Positions 1 to 12,935 of a stretch of DNA of 64,000 nucleotides are shown piece by piece; position 1 is the stretch's first letter; each line of letters opens with the position of its first letter. The stretch lies in the NCBI RefSeq assembly GCF_009914755.1, contig NC_060932.1; one strand, written 5' to 3'. The notes beneath the pieces are model-generated. The model saw only the letters and a program-made list of their open reading frames with translations, was not told where the DNA came from and did no database searches. Position numbers and translations under genes: made by a program. This DNA comes from the human T2T-CHM13v2.0 reference genome, Homo sapiens.

Positions 1-745
1 GAAGGATGAGACATCCACTGAAAAGGACTCCCATCAGAGCAACATGAATTCCACGAAAATTGCAGCAAGAGGAAACATCAAATTTATGGTGAAGCTTGGG
101 TGGAAGATTGAAGAAATCATTGACGTTTTAAGAAAAGCTTGTAAGGACACTACCCCAAAGAAATGAACTCTTTACGAATGTATAGCTTGTTTCAAGAAGA
201 GGTGAGAAGATGTGGAAGATGAATCCTGCAGTGGCTGTGAAAACCACTGTGCCCAGATGAGCTGCAGTTACGACGAGAGCTATCAGTGGAAATTTTAAAC
301 AGGAGGGATCACGATCCTGACGCATCCCTCTGACAAATTGTAAGCGGCAGTTGGAACATGGCTTCACCAATATGATCTCGAAGGCAAAGCATCATGAAAG
401 CGATGGCTACCAAGAGGTGGCAGTGGTCCAGTCAAAGGAAAAGGAGGCCAGTCAGGAGCCCACATCATGGCATCAGTGTTTTGGGACACTCAAGGCATTT
501 TGCTTGTTGACTTTCTGAAAGGCCAAACATCTGCTTATTAGGAGAGTGTTCTGAGAAGCTTAGATAAAGCTTTGGTAGAAACATGCTGGGAAAGTCTCAC
601 TAGATCCTTGTTCACCACATCAATGCTCTGCTCATTCCTCTCATCAAACAAGGGCAATTTTGTCAGTTTCAATGGGCAGTCCTTAGGAATTCACCTTACG
701 GGCTGCTTTCATTCCTTCTAAATTCTTTTTGTTTCCTAATGATAA
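1..745 (+). mobile_element. HSMAR2 mariner transposon relic (internally deleted, frameshifted transposase; 5' end lies outside the window)
   Basis: ATG at 44 reads MNSTKIAARGNIKFMVKLGWK, close to the Hsmar2 transposase N-terminus (MNSAKIEARTNIKFMVKLGWK). Degenerate ELSMEILN..DQDP..IVTGDETW and FFLFPN motifs follow. Confidence 0.85.
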
Positions 746-811
746 AAAGTCTCCTTGCCTTGCTTGGAAAGATGAGAGAAAGTCTCCTTGCCTTGTTTGG
801 ACAGATGAGAG
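746..811. repeat. 33-bp tandem duplication at the HSMAR2 3' junction (in every unit)
   Basis: aaagtctccttgccttgcttggaaagatgagag (746-778) and aaagtctccttgccttgtttggacagatgagag (779-811), 2 mismatches. Confidence 0.9.
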
Positions 812-2609
812 ATGAGATCCTCCTCTTCTCTCCCAGGACAGAATGGTGAGACTTGAGTTTCCTTTCTCCTCACTCTTCTCCTCCTTGAGGGAGCTGCTGT
901 GCCGGACAGACCTGCCCCCGTGTCTAGACACTGGTAGACTCGTTTAAGTTCCTCACAGGCAATCCTCCATGGGGTCAAAGTGGAAGGACTTATTTCTTCA
1001 GGGCTCAGTAGTCCACATCCTGGCGCGCACCTTCACCAGCCCAGGGCGGGGTAGAGGAGGGTGAAAGGGCGTGGCTCAGAGCCCGCTTCTTCCGCTCGGG
1101 CGTATCCTGGGAGGAACCCTTGTCCGGTGAGCATGTCTTCGTCTCTACCAAATTCCCTAGTGGGACATTTCTGGCAGCCCTACTTGTTCAGCAGCTTACG
1201 GGGGTCAGGTGGACCTCTGCTAGTCACCAGCCTGAAGCCCTTTCTCCATTTCAGCTATTTTGGCAGTTGCCTAGGTGACTTTTGAACCTCATTATCCAGA
1301 ACAGCAAACGGACGAGGGGTGAGAAGAGTGGCCGTCTGGGTTTGCAGCATAGTGCTGCCTTCTAGGAGTTGTGCAGTCTTCGATTGTGTGAAACTTCACC
1401 TGGCTGATTTGTGGCAATGCCTCCACAAATTCGCTAAATTCAGTAGCTTTTGCCTTCCAAGATTCATTTACACAATGTTGAATGCTTTAAATGAATGAGC
1501 ATGAAGAGTGCTGGGCTGGAAAGTGATGAGATGGGTGGTAGGGACTCCTCGGAGTAGAGGAGTAGAGTTTTACTATTATGACTAGGAGGCAAATAAAAAG
1601 AAGCTGAACGTGATCCATAATAAAAGAAGCACACACTCACAGAGCTCCATACCAACTACATTAAAATGGAAATCATGATATTTGGAAATACAACTTAATT
1701 GGAAATCATTAAGTAATCTCATCAACCTTTTTACAGTGGGTGGCAGGGCTATGGAGGGAAAACAGCAATGGTTCTGGCACCTACTTAACTTGATTCCATT
1801 AAATTCACCCAACAGGCCTCCAGAGAAGATATTACTGCTTTGATATTACAAAGGGAAAAACAGCTATGGCGTCTCTGAAAAGCACAACGTGCTAGGACTG
1901 GAATGACTTTAAAACCACACATAAATTTCTGAGAGATTTTTGCCGTAAGGTACCATCCACCTTACTGTAAACCACATCCTAAAATTGTCTGCAGTGCAAA
2001 TGGATTATGTGCATCCAACAGGAAACAGCATAGGTTGAGAAGCTGTTACTTAATAGCTTCATTGTCACCACGAGTGTAAAGTGTGGGGTCTCATCACTTT
2101 TGCACCCACGTTTTGCCTGTTGGTTTCTCCACACTGTCAGGAGCATTTGACCAACTCACTGTGGCTCAGGGTCCCTTACGCAGCCTGTTGGGGAAACCAG
2201 TGGGTATTGAAGACCTGCCTCTGGTGTGCCAGGAGGTTGTGCCTGCCGGCCACTCTGACTTGCGATCTTCCGCCTCAGTGTATGGCTTCCTACACCTGGG
2301 TAATTAACATTGCCAGCATGATAAGGAGGTCCTTTCATCACTATTGCCACTAGTCCTTCCGACTCCTGTGCCCTGTTTCTCCTTTATTGGAACCCAAGAA
2401 CGAGTAAACATAGCATTTTCAAACATCCCGCCCCCTTCCCTGGTAACACCAATATTCCACCATCCTAATTCCCTCACAAGCATTCAGTCTCTCCACCCTG
2501 AGGTGGTGAAATCCCTGCAGGCATTTATAAGTATACCTGGACAGAAGAAATACAAGATACCGTTCTATTAACTCAATATAGTGTTGCTAAGTTCGTACTT
2601 GTGCTTGGT

Positions 2610-3180
2610 TTATTTTATTTTATAAATAGGTATCACTCGCATGGTTCCAAATGCGGTAGGCACAGAGAGTATATATGATGGAATTACATCCTCCTTCCCT
2701 GCACTCACCAACCGAGATCATCCCGCTACGGGCACTCAAAGGTTTCATTGTCTGAAATATCAGCCTAAACGTAGTTTATGTTTAGGAAGCAACAACCGTA
2801 AATAGGCCCACATCCAAACGGAGTGGATTTAGGTTTCACTTTTTCAAGGAAAAACCATCAAAGAATTTTTCCACATACTTATAAACCATCCCACGTATAG
2901 AATCCATTTTTACTGACACAAATTTAGTACCAATAAATGACTCTTCTTCTCAATTTGTTTTATTTAACAATAAGTCTTGAACGTCATTCCCAGTTAACAT
3001 TTTGAAGAGTTTCCTCTCTTTCGTTCTGTTTTAGCTGCAAAGTATTCTTCCGTAAGGATGAACGTACTATAATTTATTAGCCAGCCACTTAGTGATGTAC
3101 AATTAAGCAGTTTTAAATCTTTGACTCTTGAAAATATTGTTTCTCACACATAAATATTTCTATAAAATAAATTAGTTGAA
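2610..3180 (-). mobile_element. ancient L1M (L1ME-like) 3' UTR fragment (in every unit)
   Basis: ttagctgcaaagtattcttccgtaaggatgaacgtactataatttattagccagcc resembles the antisense old-L1 3' end (gctgcatagtattccattgtatggatgtaccataatttatttaacc). Boundaries are approximate. Confidence 0.5.
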
Positions 3181-3191
3181 TTAGAATTGTT

Positions 3192-3404
3192 GGAGTTCAA
3201 GACCAGCCTGGCCAACATGGTGAAACCCCATCTCTACTAGAAGCACAAAATTAGCCGGACATGCCGGTACATGCCTCTAATCTCAGGTGAGGCAGGAGAA
3301 TCACTTCAACCTGGGAGGCAGAGGTTGTAGTGACTCGAAATCACGCCACTGCACTCCAGCCTGGGCGACGCGAGCGAAACTCTGTCTCAAAAAACCAAAA
3401 AAAA
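3192..3404 (+). mobile_element. 5'-truncated Alu (AluS-like)
   Basis: ggagttcaagaccagcctggccaacatggtgaaacccc...cactgcactccagcctgggcgac...ctctgtctc followed by an A tail. Confidence 0.9.
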
Positions 3405-3419
3405 TTAAACGTAAAAAGA

Positions 3420-4275
3420 AAAGCGGTACATATACCCAATAGAACACAATTCAGCCTTAAAAAAGAAAGAAATCATCTCATTGGCAACACGAATGAGCCT
3501 AGAGGATGGTACACTGAGTGAAAGAAAGCAAAGGCCAGGCACGGTGGCTCATGCCTGTAATCCCAGTACTTTGGGAGGCCAAGGCAGGTGGAAGCGTTGA
3601 GCCCAGGAGTTGGAGATGAACCTGGGCAACATGGTGAAACCCCATCTCTAAAAGAAACACAAAAATTAGCCAAGTGTGGCGTTGGACGCCTGTAGTCCTA
3701 GCTATTCAGGAGGCTGAAGCGGGAGGAACTCTCGACCCCGAGAGGTGGAGGCCGTGGTGAGTGAGCCGTGTTTGTGTCACTGTACTCCAGCCTGGGTGAC
3801 AGACTGAGACCCTGTCTCAAAAAATAAATAATTACATAATAAAGATTTAAAAAGCAAGCACAAAAAGACAAATGCTGCATGATCTCACTTATATGTGCAA
3901 TCTCAAACAATGCAACTCATAGCTGTAGAGAGCAGAACGGTGGTTACCCGAGGCAGGGGTCAGGGAGGGACTGGAGAGATGATAGTCTCATGATACAAAA
4001 TTTCAGAGAGGAATGGTTCTAGAGATCTATTGAACAGCCTGGCATCTACAGTGTATAACTATGTATTGTATACTTGAAAATTGCTATAAGAGTAGATTTT
4101 AGACATGTCCTCATCACATTAAAATCAGTATGTGAGGAAACGAGTGTGTTAATTAGCTTGATTTTGTCATTCCACAATGTATACACATATGAAACATCAT
4201 GTTGTATGCCATAAATATATATAATTTTTATTTGTCAAGTTAAAATTAAAATTCATATAAATTATAAAAATAAAA
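3420..4275 (+). mobile_element. L1MA-type 3' end, split by the AluJ (in every complete unit)
   Basis: attcagccttaaaaaagaa...gagtgaaa|Alu|gcacaaaaagacaaat.ctgcatgatctcacttatatgtg...aaaattgctataagagtagatttt...aattagcttgatt...A-rich tail. Confidence 0.75.
3533..3850 (+). mobile_element. full-length Alu (AluJ-like) with TSD aaagcaa
   Basis: ggccaggcacggtggctcatgcctgtaatcccag...ttgagcccaggagtt...gagaccctgtctc followed by a tail. aaagcaa occurs at 3525-3531 and 3851-3857. Confidence 0.9.
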
Positions 4276-4803
4276 TGAAATAACATACACTACAAAAGAC
4301 GTTTATTTATTAAATCCCCACAGAAGGGGTCTAAGTGATAAAGGAAAATAAAATTCCGGGAACGGTAAAATCAATCAGAAATGCCCTACTTCAGTGCTTT
4401 CCGAAATTTGTCTGACAGAGTGGAAATCCAGTTTTTCACTAAGTCACTGTTCTGGAACAGTTTGTGTGTGTGTATGTATGTGTGTGAGGGCTCACATACA
4501 CAAATTGAACTAATGGAAGTGTAAGCATTCAAATTATCAGTTTAATTTAGTTCTATACATATACACACACACACACTCACACACCGAAAACATTGATAAA
4601 ATCAGCCATTCCAGCAAAACTAGCTACTTAGTGTCTATCTCTCCTTGAAGATTCAAACTAGAAATGAGGATTTAGAGAGGCATGATGGTTCGTTCTCTCT
4701 TGGAGCCCAGTTCGAAGTTGACTGACTGATTCAGTCATTGTAATTGGTTGGTCTTGGGGAAGAATCCACTTTGACTCTTGGGAAGTCAGCTAGGTCAGCG
4801 GAC

Positions 4804-5115
4804 AGAGCAGGGGCTCTGGAGCCAGACTGCCTGCACCCGACTTCTAGCTATGATACCTTGGATAAACTACTTATCACCTGGGCTTCAGGTTCCTCATCTG
4901 TAAAATGGGGATAAGAATGCTATCTCTCTCACAACTGTTAGGAGGACTGACTGGGTTAATATGTGCAAAGTACCAAGTACATAAGAAACCAACAGCCAGT
5001 GCTCATTACAATCATTATTATTTTGGGCAAGTTAAGCCGCATGGTTTCTTTAGGTATAAAATTAGGCTTTATTTACCTACCTGTTGGGTTGTTCCAAGGA
5101 TTAATCACATAGTGT
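4804..5115 (+). mobile_element. MIR SINE fragments (in every complete unit)
   Basis: gggctctggagccagactgcctg...ttcctcatctgtaaaatggggataa is the MIR core. A second degenerate core follows from about 5022. Confidence 0.8.
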
Positions 5116-5157
5116 TCATGAATTCCCTTTATAAACTATTATACAAAAGAAATATAG

Positions 5158-5252
5158 TTAACATTAATTGAACACCTACTATGTGCGATCGTTTTAAGGC
5201 TTGCCATGTGCTGCTTCATTCAGTCCGCACCATGACATTAGGATCACACTTT
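5158..5252 (-). mobile_element. MIR 3' part, left flank of the L1PA insertion
   Basis: aacattaattgaacacctactatgtgc matches the antisense MIR 3' end. The element resumes at 8925. Confidence 0.65.
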
Positions 5253-8924
<3,672 letters not shown>

Positions 8925-9047
8925 GGTCACACTTTAAAGACCAAAAGGTAGAAGCGCAAAGACGTTATCTGTCCAATATTACAAACCTAGTAAGTGGTGG
9001 AATTTGGCCTTGAACCCAGATCTGTAACTCCAGAGCCGAAGTGCTTC
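8925..9047 (-). mobile_element. MIR 5' part, right flank of the L1PA insertion
   Basis: ctagtaagtggtggaatttggccttgaacccagatctgtaactccagagcc is the antisense MIR 5' half. Confidence 0.7.
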
Positions 9048-9171
9048 ACCCACCTCCCTGTGGTGCCTCTACAGAAAAAGAGGTAAGCAGGCATTCCGAA
9101 AGCTGGTGGGCCGGGGGGCTGGCCTTGTACTCAGAAGCCATGGAAGTCCCACGTGGGGTGGCTAGTGGTGT

Positions 9172-9362
9172 AAGGACAGAGGTCTCGGATGGGCAGAGGG
9201 ATGTGGACAGGCGCGAGGGCGCGCGGCAGGGACTCGGGGGACTGGGAGTGGCGGCTCGGGGCTGCGGGAGGCGATTGGTGGAAGGACAGAGGTCTGGGAG
9301 GGGCAGAGGGATGTGGACAGGCCCGAGGGGCCGCGGCAGGGATTCCGGGGGACCGGGAGTGG
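9172..9362. repeat. G-rich ~110-bp-period direct duplication downstream of the CDS (in every complete unit)
   Basis: aaggacagaggtct..gggcagagggatgtggacagg..cggcaggga..gggagtgg occurs at 9172-9251 and 9282-9362. Confidence 0.85.
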
Positions 9363-9488
9363 GGGGTTGGGGTTACTCTTGGCTTTTTGCCCTCTCCTGC
9401 CGCCGGCTGCTCCAGTTTCTTTCGCTTTGCGGCGAGGTGGGCAGGGTGAGCTCTCGGGACTGATGGCGGTTTTGGAAGAGGCCTGGGG

Positions 9489-11516
9489 CTAAGGACAGGC
9501 CAGGGCGGCGGGAGAGGCGGACCGGTGGCGTGGCTGGATCTGGGCGCGCTGTCGGACCTTCCACATCACCAGCTGCAGGCAGGCGTTTGCGTCCTCGCTG
9601 GAGTTGTGGCCGTCCTGGCTGTCCTGGATGATCTGTGCCAGGTAGTCGGCCGCGAGATTCCTGAGGGAGCGCTTGTAGGGGAAACCCAGGTAGTGCGGGA
9701 AGAGCACGGCCGTGTCCACCACGGTGCTGTGGATGAGCTTCAGGGCCAGCAGGTCGCTCTCCAGGCTGTGCCCGATGAGGATGGTTTGGGCGCTGAAAAA
9801 GCTCAGCAGGATGGCTTGGACTTGGGGCAACGTGATGCTCGTCTTGGCGACGTCGGCCTCGGTGACTCCGGAAAACCTGGTGTTGTAGTCCACGATCTCG
9901 TTGTCGGGCTTGACGAAGGTGTCGTACACCACTCGCATGTCGGCGTCCACCACGGTGACGCGGGTCAGCTCTAGGCCATGCGTGGTGTAGCACATCTCAC
10001 AGTCCAAGGCGTAGATTCCTGGATAAGCGTCTCTGGACAACTCTTTCTTGAAGGTCTCCACGAAGCCATCGAGGCTCTCCTTGCGGCCGTCCCGCACGTG
10101 CTGCTTTGCCACCTGGCAGCCCACAGAGCCAGGAGCAGCTGCACAGCAGGTGTACTGGCTAACCCGGCCTCCAGCCACCTGGCTCGAGCGGACCCGCCCC
10201 CAGTGATAATAACACAACTGGTCGCGTACACAGCGGCCCGAGGAGGACACCAGGTACTCGGTGCCACAACGGCAGCAGACCCTGCAGGAGGAGTCGCCGG
10301 GCCCCTTCCCCTGGCCAGTGAAGAGGACGGCGCCTCCGGGCCGCTCGGGGTGCGGGAAGGGGTAGCCGTTCTCCTTGAGCTGGTCCTGGGTGAGCAGGAA
10401 CTCCTGGAGGCGGCTGTACAGGGCGGCCCTGCTGAGGCCGGGCATGGAGCTGGGGGTCAGGCCCTTCAGTCTCTTGAGGGTGTTCAGGACCACGTTCAGG
10501 TACCTGTTCTTGTTGGGGCTGCAGTCGTAGGCCACCTTCTCCTCGTTCAGCGCCTTCTCCTCGGCCTCCTGCTTGGAGGCGCAGAACTTGAGACACTCTT
10601 CGGTGAACAGTTGGAGATAGCCTCGGCGGAGGACGGTGGGGACTTGGCACCCAGAGCTTCGGAGGATAATGGGTTTCTTCAAACTCAAACTCGGTAAGGA
10701 TGCACGACGGACGATTCGCTTAGAGCTGGTGGTGGCGGTGGTCTTGCATGCCATCCCTGACCTGTTGCGCGTCTTCCCTGGCTGTCTGCCGACCTTGGAG
10801 CCACGGGAGCGTTGGCTGCTGCTGGCCACCCGGGTTCTCTTGGCATCTGTGTAACCTGTGACCAAGCAAGGGCTGGAAGAGTGGGCGATCGTCTTCCTCT
10901 TCCTGGGGGCTGAGATGCGGACTCCCGAGGGCCTCTCTGTCAGCCTTGGGGCGGCTGGCAAGCGGCAGGCCGATCCCCTCTGCGCAGGGAAGTAGCACGA
11001 CTCCGTCACCATCTTGGGCCACGCTGGGGGCACCGCCGGACCCCTGTTCTGGGGCTCCGCCTGGATGTCCACAAATGCTGAGGCCTGCTTGTGCATCTGG
11101 GGCACCCAGAGCCCGAAGCTCTGGGCAGGCTGATGAGAGGGCAGTGGGAATTCTGGAGCCTCGAGGGCCGCCTCCTCGGCCACCTTCTTAGCTTCTGGGT
11201 ATCCAGGTGGGAACCAGCAGGGAGCTGTGGCTCGCAACATCTTGCTGCCTTCGGGAGCACCGGCCGGGCTCTGCTCCGCTCCCAAATGGCGGCTTGCCTC
11301 CGGGGCCGCCTCCTTGGCCACCTTCTTAGCTTCTGGGTATCCAGGGCGGAACCAGCAGGGAGCTGTGGCTCGCAACATCTTGCTGCCTTCGGGAGCACCG
11401 GCCTGGCTCTGCTCCCCTCCCAAATGGCGGCTTGCCTCCAGGGCCGCCTCCTCGGCCACCTTCTTAGCTTCTGGGTATCCAGGGGGGAACCAGCAGGGAG
11501 CTGTGGCTCGCAACAT
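9489..11516 (-). CDS. REXO1L1: REXO1-like 1 / exonuclease GOR, 675 aa, intronless retrogene copy 1 (3 N-terminal repeats)
   Basis: The ORF track starts at an upstream TTG; the first ATG is at 11516 ([10 protein letters not shown]). Cys/His-rich EloA-BP1-like region, then DEDDh motifs ALDCEMC / GHSLESDL / HNSSEDA. CpG island. Family members are usually annotated as REXO1LnP pseudogenes. Confidence 0.9.
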   Translation of the reverse strand: MLRATAPCWFPPGYPEAKKVAEEAALEASRHLGGEQSQAGAPEGSKMLRATAPCWFRPGYPEAKKVAKEAAPEASRHLGAEQSPAGAPEGSKMLRATAPCWFPPGYPEAKKVAEEAALEAPEFPLPSHQPAQSFGLWVPQMHKQASAFVDIQAEPQNRGPAVPPAWPKMVTESCYFPAQRGSACRLPAAPRLTERPSGVRISAPRKRKTIAHSSSPCLVTGYTDAKRTRVASSSQRSRGSKVGRQPGKTRNRSGMACKTTATTSSKRIVRRASLPSLSLKKPIILRSSGCQVPTVLRRGYLQLFTEECLKFCASKQEAEEKALNEEKVAYDCSPNKNRYLNVVLNTLKRLKGLTPSSMPGLSRAALYSRLQEFLLTQDQLKENGYPFPHPERPGGAVLFTGQGKGPGDSSCRVCCRCGTEYLVSSSGRCVRDQLCYYHWGRVRSSQVAGGRVSQYTCCAAAPGSVGCQVAKQHVRDGRKESLDGFVETFKKELSRDAYPGIYALDCEMCYTTHGLELTRVTVVDADMRVVYDTFVKPDNEIVDYNTRFSGVTEADVAKTSITLPQVQAILLSFFSAQTILIGHSLESDLLALKLIHSTVVDTAVLFPHYLGFPYKRSLRNLAADYLAQIIQDSQDGHNSSEDANACLQLVMWKVRQRAQIQPRHRSASPAALACP

Positions 11517-11571
11517 CTTGCTGCCTTCGGGAGCACCGGCCTGGCTCTGCTCCTCTCCCAACTGGCGGCTT
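11158..11571 (-). repeat. 138-bp (46-codon) VNTR x3 spanning the 5' UTR and start codon
   Basis: Units at 11158-11295, 11296-11433 and 11434-11571. Peptide [40 protein letters not shown] is repeated. Confidence 0.95.
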
Positions 11572-11850
11572 CAATGAGTGCTGCGGCCGCCACTTGTCGC
11601 CTTTATATAGGCACAGGGCAGACTGGGTGGGACTTCTCCTTGATAGGTTGGTGCTTCAGTCCAATCACACTGAGCCTCATCTTCCACCAGACTCCAGCTT
11701 GGGAATGCCTCAGGGGGTGCGCTAATGGAATCAACTGGAACTCCCGGTTGCTAAACTTGGAGCTAGGTTGCTTTTCCTGAGTTAAGTAACTGTCCCTGCA
11801 GGGCAGTCCTATAATGGCTACTGGAATTGGGCTACCTAGGATTAAATTAA
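11572..11850 (-). promoter_or_regulatory. putative REXO1L core promoter: Inr (~11575), TATA (11602-11609), CCAAT (11661-11665), DUX4-type motif (11723-11733)
   Basis: Minus-strand TATATAAA lies ~32 nt upstream of an Inr-like CTCATTG. ccaatc is on the plus strand. TAATGGAATCA fits TAAYBBAATCA. Confidence 0.65.
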
Positions 11851-12054
11851 GGTTCAGGGAGGTTGGTCAACTTGCTTGGGCCCACACAGCACCCCTTGGA
11901 GCCAGGACTGGGCCAGCAGTCTGCTGCATGCTGGAGGGCGGGATCCCTCTGGGGCTGCCTTTCCCTGCTCTGTGCACTCCGCCGCTGCGGGCAAATTGAG
12001 GACAGGAAGCGGACCGCACCCACTTCTCTCCCAGGACTTGGGCAATGTTCAACA

Positions 12055-12935
12055 CAGGTGGTCTTCCAAAGGTTCATAGAAAATGCACATGGTGAAGAAA
12101 CTATGCATGGATTTCCACTGGTTTGCACTAAAATAAACTTGTCCTAACTTCTGATAACCTTTCTGAACTAGATCTAGTTTGAGGCACTAAGAAGGATGAG
12201 ACATCCACTGAAAAGGACTCCCATCAGAGCAACATGAATTCCACGAAAATTGCAGCAAGAGGAAACATCAAATTTATGGTGAAGCTTGGGTGGAAGATGG
12301 AAGAAATCATTGACGTTTTAAGAAAAGCTTGTAAGGACACTACCCCAAAGAAATGAACTCTTTACGAATGTATAGCTTGTTTCAAGAAGAGGTGAGAAGA
12401 TGTGGAAGATGAATCCTTCAGTGGCTGTGAAAACCACTGTGCCCAGATCAGCTGCAGTTACGACGAGAGCTATCAGTGGAAATTTTAAACAGGAGGGATC
12501 ACGATCCTGACGCATCCCTCTGACAAATTGTAAGCGGCAGTTGGAACATGGCTTCACCAATATGATCTCCAAGGCAAAGCATCATGAAAGCGATGGCTAC
12601 CAAGAGGTGGCAGTGGTCCAGTCAAAGGAAAAGGAGGCCAGTCAGGAGCCCACATCATGGCATCAGTGTTTTGGGACACTCAAGGCATTTTGCTTGTTGA
12701 CTTTCTGAAAGGCCAAACATCTGCTTATTAGGAGAGTGTTCTGAGAAGCTTAGATAAAGCTTTGGTAGAAACATGCTGGGAAAGTCTCACTAGATCCTTG
12801 TTCACCACATCAATGCTCTGCTCATTCCTCTCATCAAACAAGGGCAATTTTGTCAGTTTCAATGGGCAGTCCTTAGGAATTCACCTTACGGGCTGCTTTC
12901 ATTCCTTCTAAATTCTTTTTGTTTCCTAATGATAA
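12055..12935 (+). mobile_element. HSMAR2 relic with degenerate left TIR
   Basis: ggtggtcttccaaaggttcatagaaaatg resembles the Hsmar2 TIR, followed by the transposase remnant as at 1-745. Confidence 0.85.

Noticed and set aside
1-745. Functional or domesticated mariner transposase mobilising the unit
   Set aside because: Frameshifted, internally deleted, stop-containing and lacking a right TIR.
4463-4584. (TG)n and (CA)n tracts forming a loose inverted pair; also (ATT)n at 8884-8903
   Set aside because: Short ordinary microsatellites. The complementarity is a trivial result of the dinucleotide content.
128-5171. Numerous 60-90 aa ORFs repeated in every unit
   Set aside because: They lie in Alu, MIR, L1 or HSMAR2 relics or unassigned DNA. 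Their recurrence is due to unit identity, and several are broken in some units.
11517-11561. 690/644-aa versions starting MGEEQ or MREEQ
   Set aside because: These start at TTG in the ORF track. The first ATG with a Kozak context is 45 nt downstream, giving 675/629 aa.
11158-11571. CRISPR-like repeat array
   Set aside because: Contiguous 138-bp coding tandem repeats with no unique spacers, in primate DNA.
9525-11780. Long antisense and alternate-frame ORFs over the gene (149, 239, 229, 206, 195 and 163 aa)
   Set aside because: Expected shadows of a GC-rich, codon-biased CDS and the 138-bp repeat. No recognisable domains, and several appear to use non-ATG starts.
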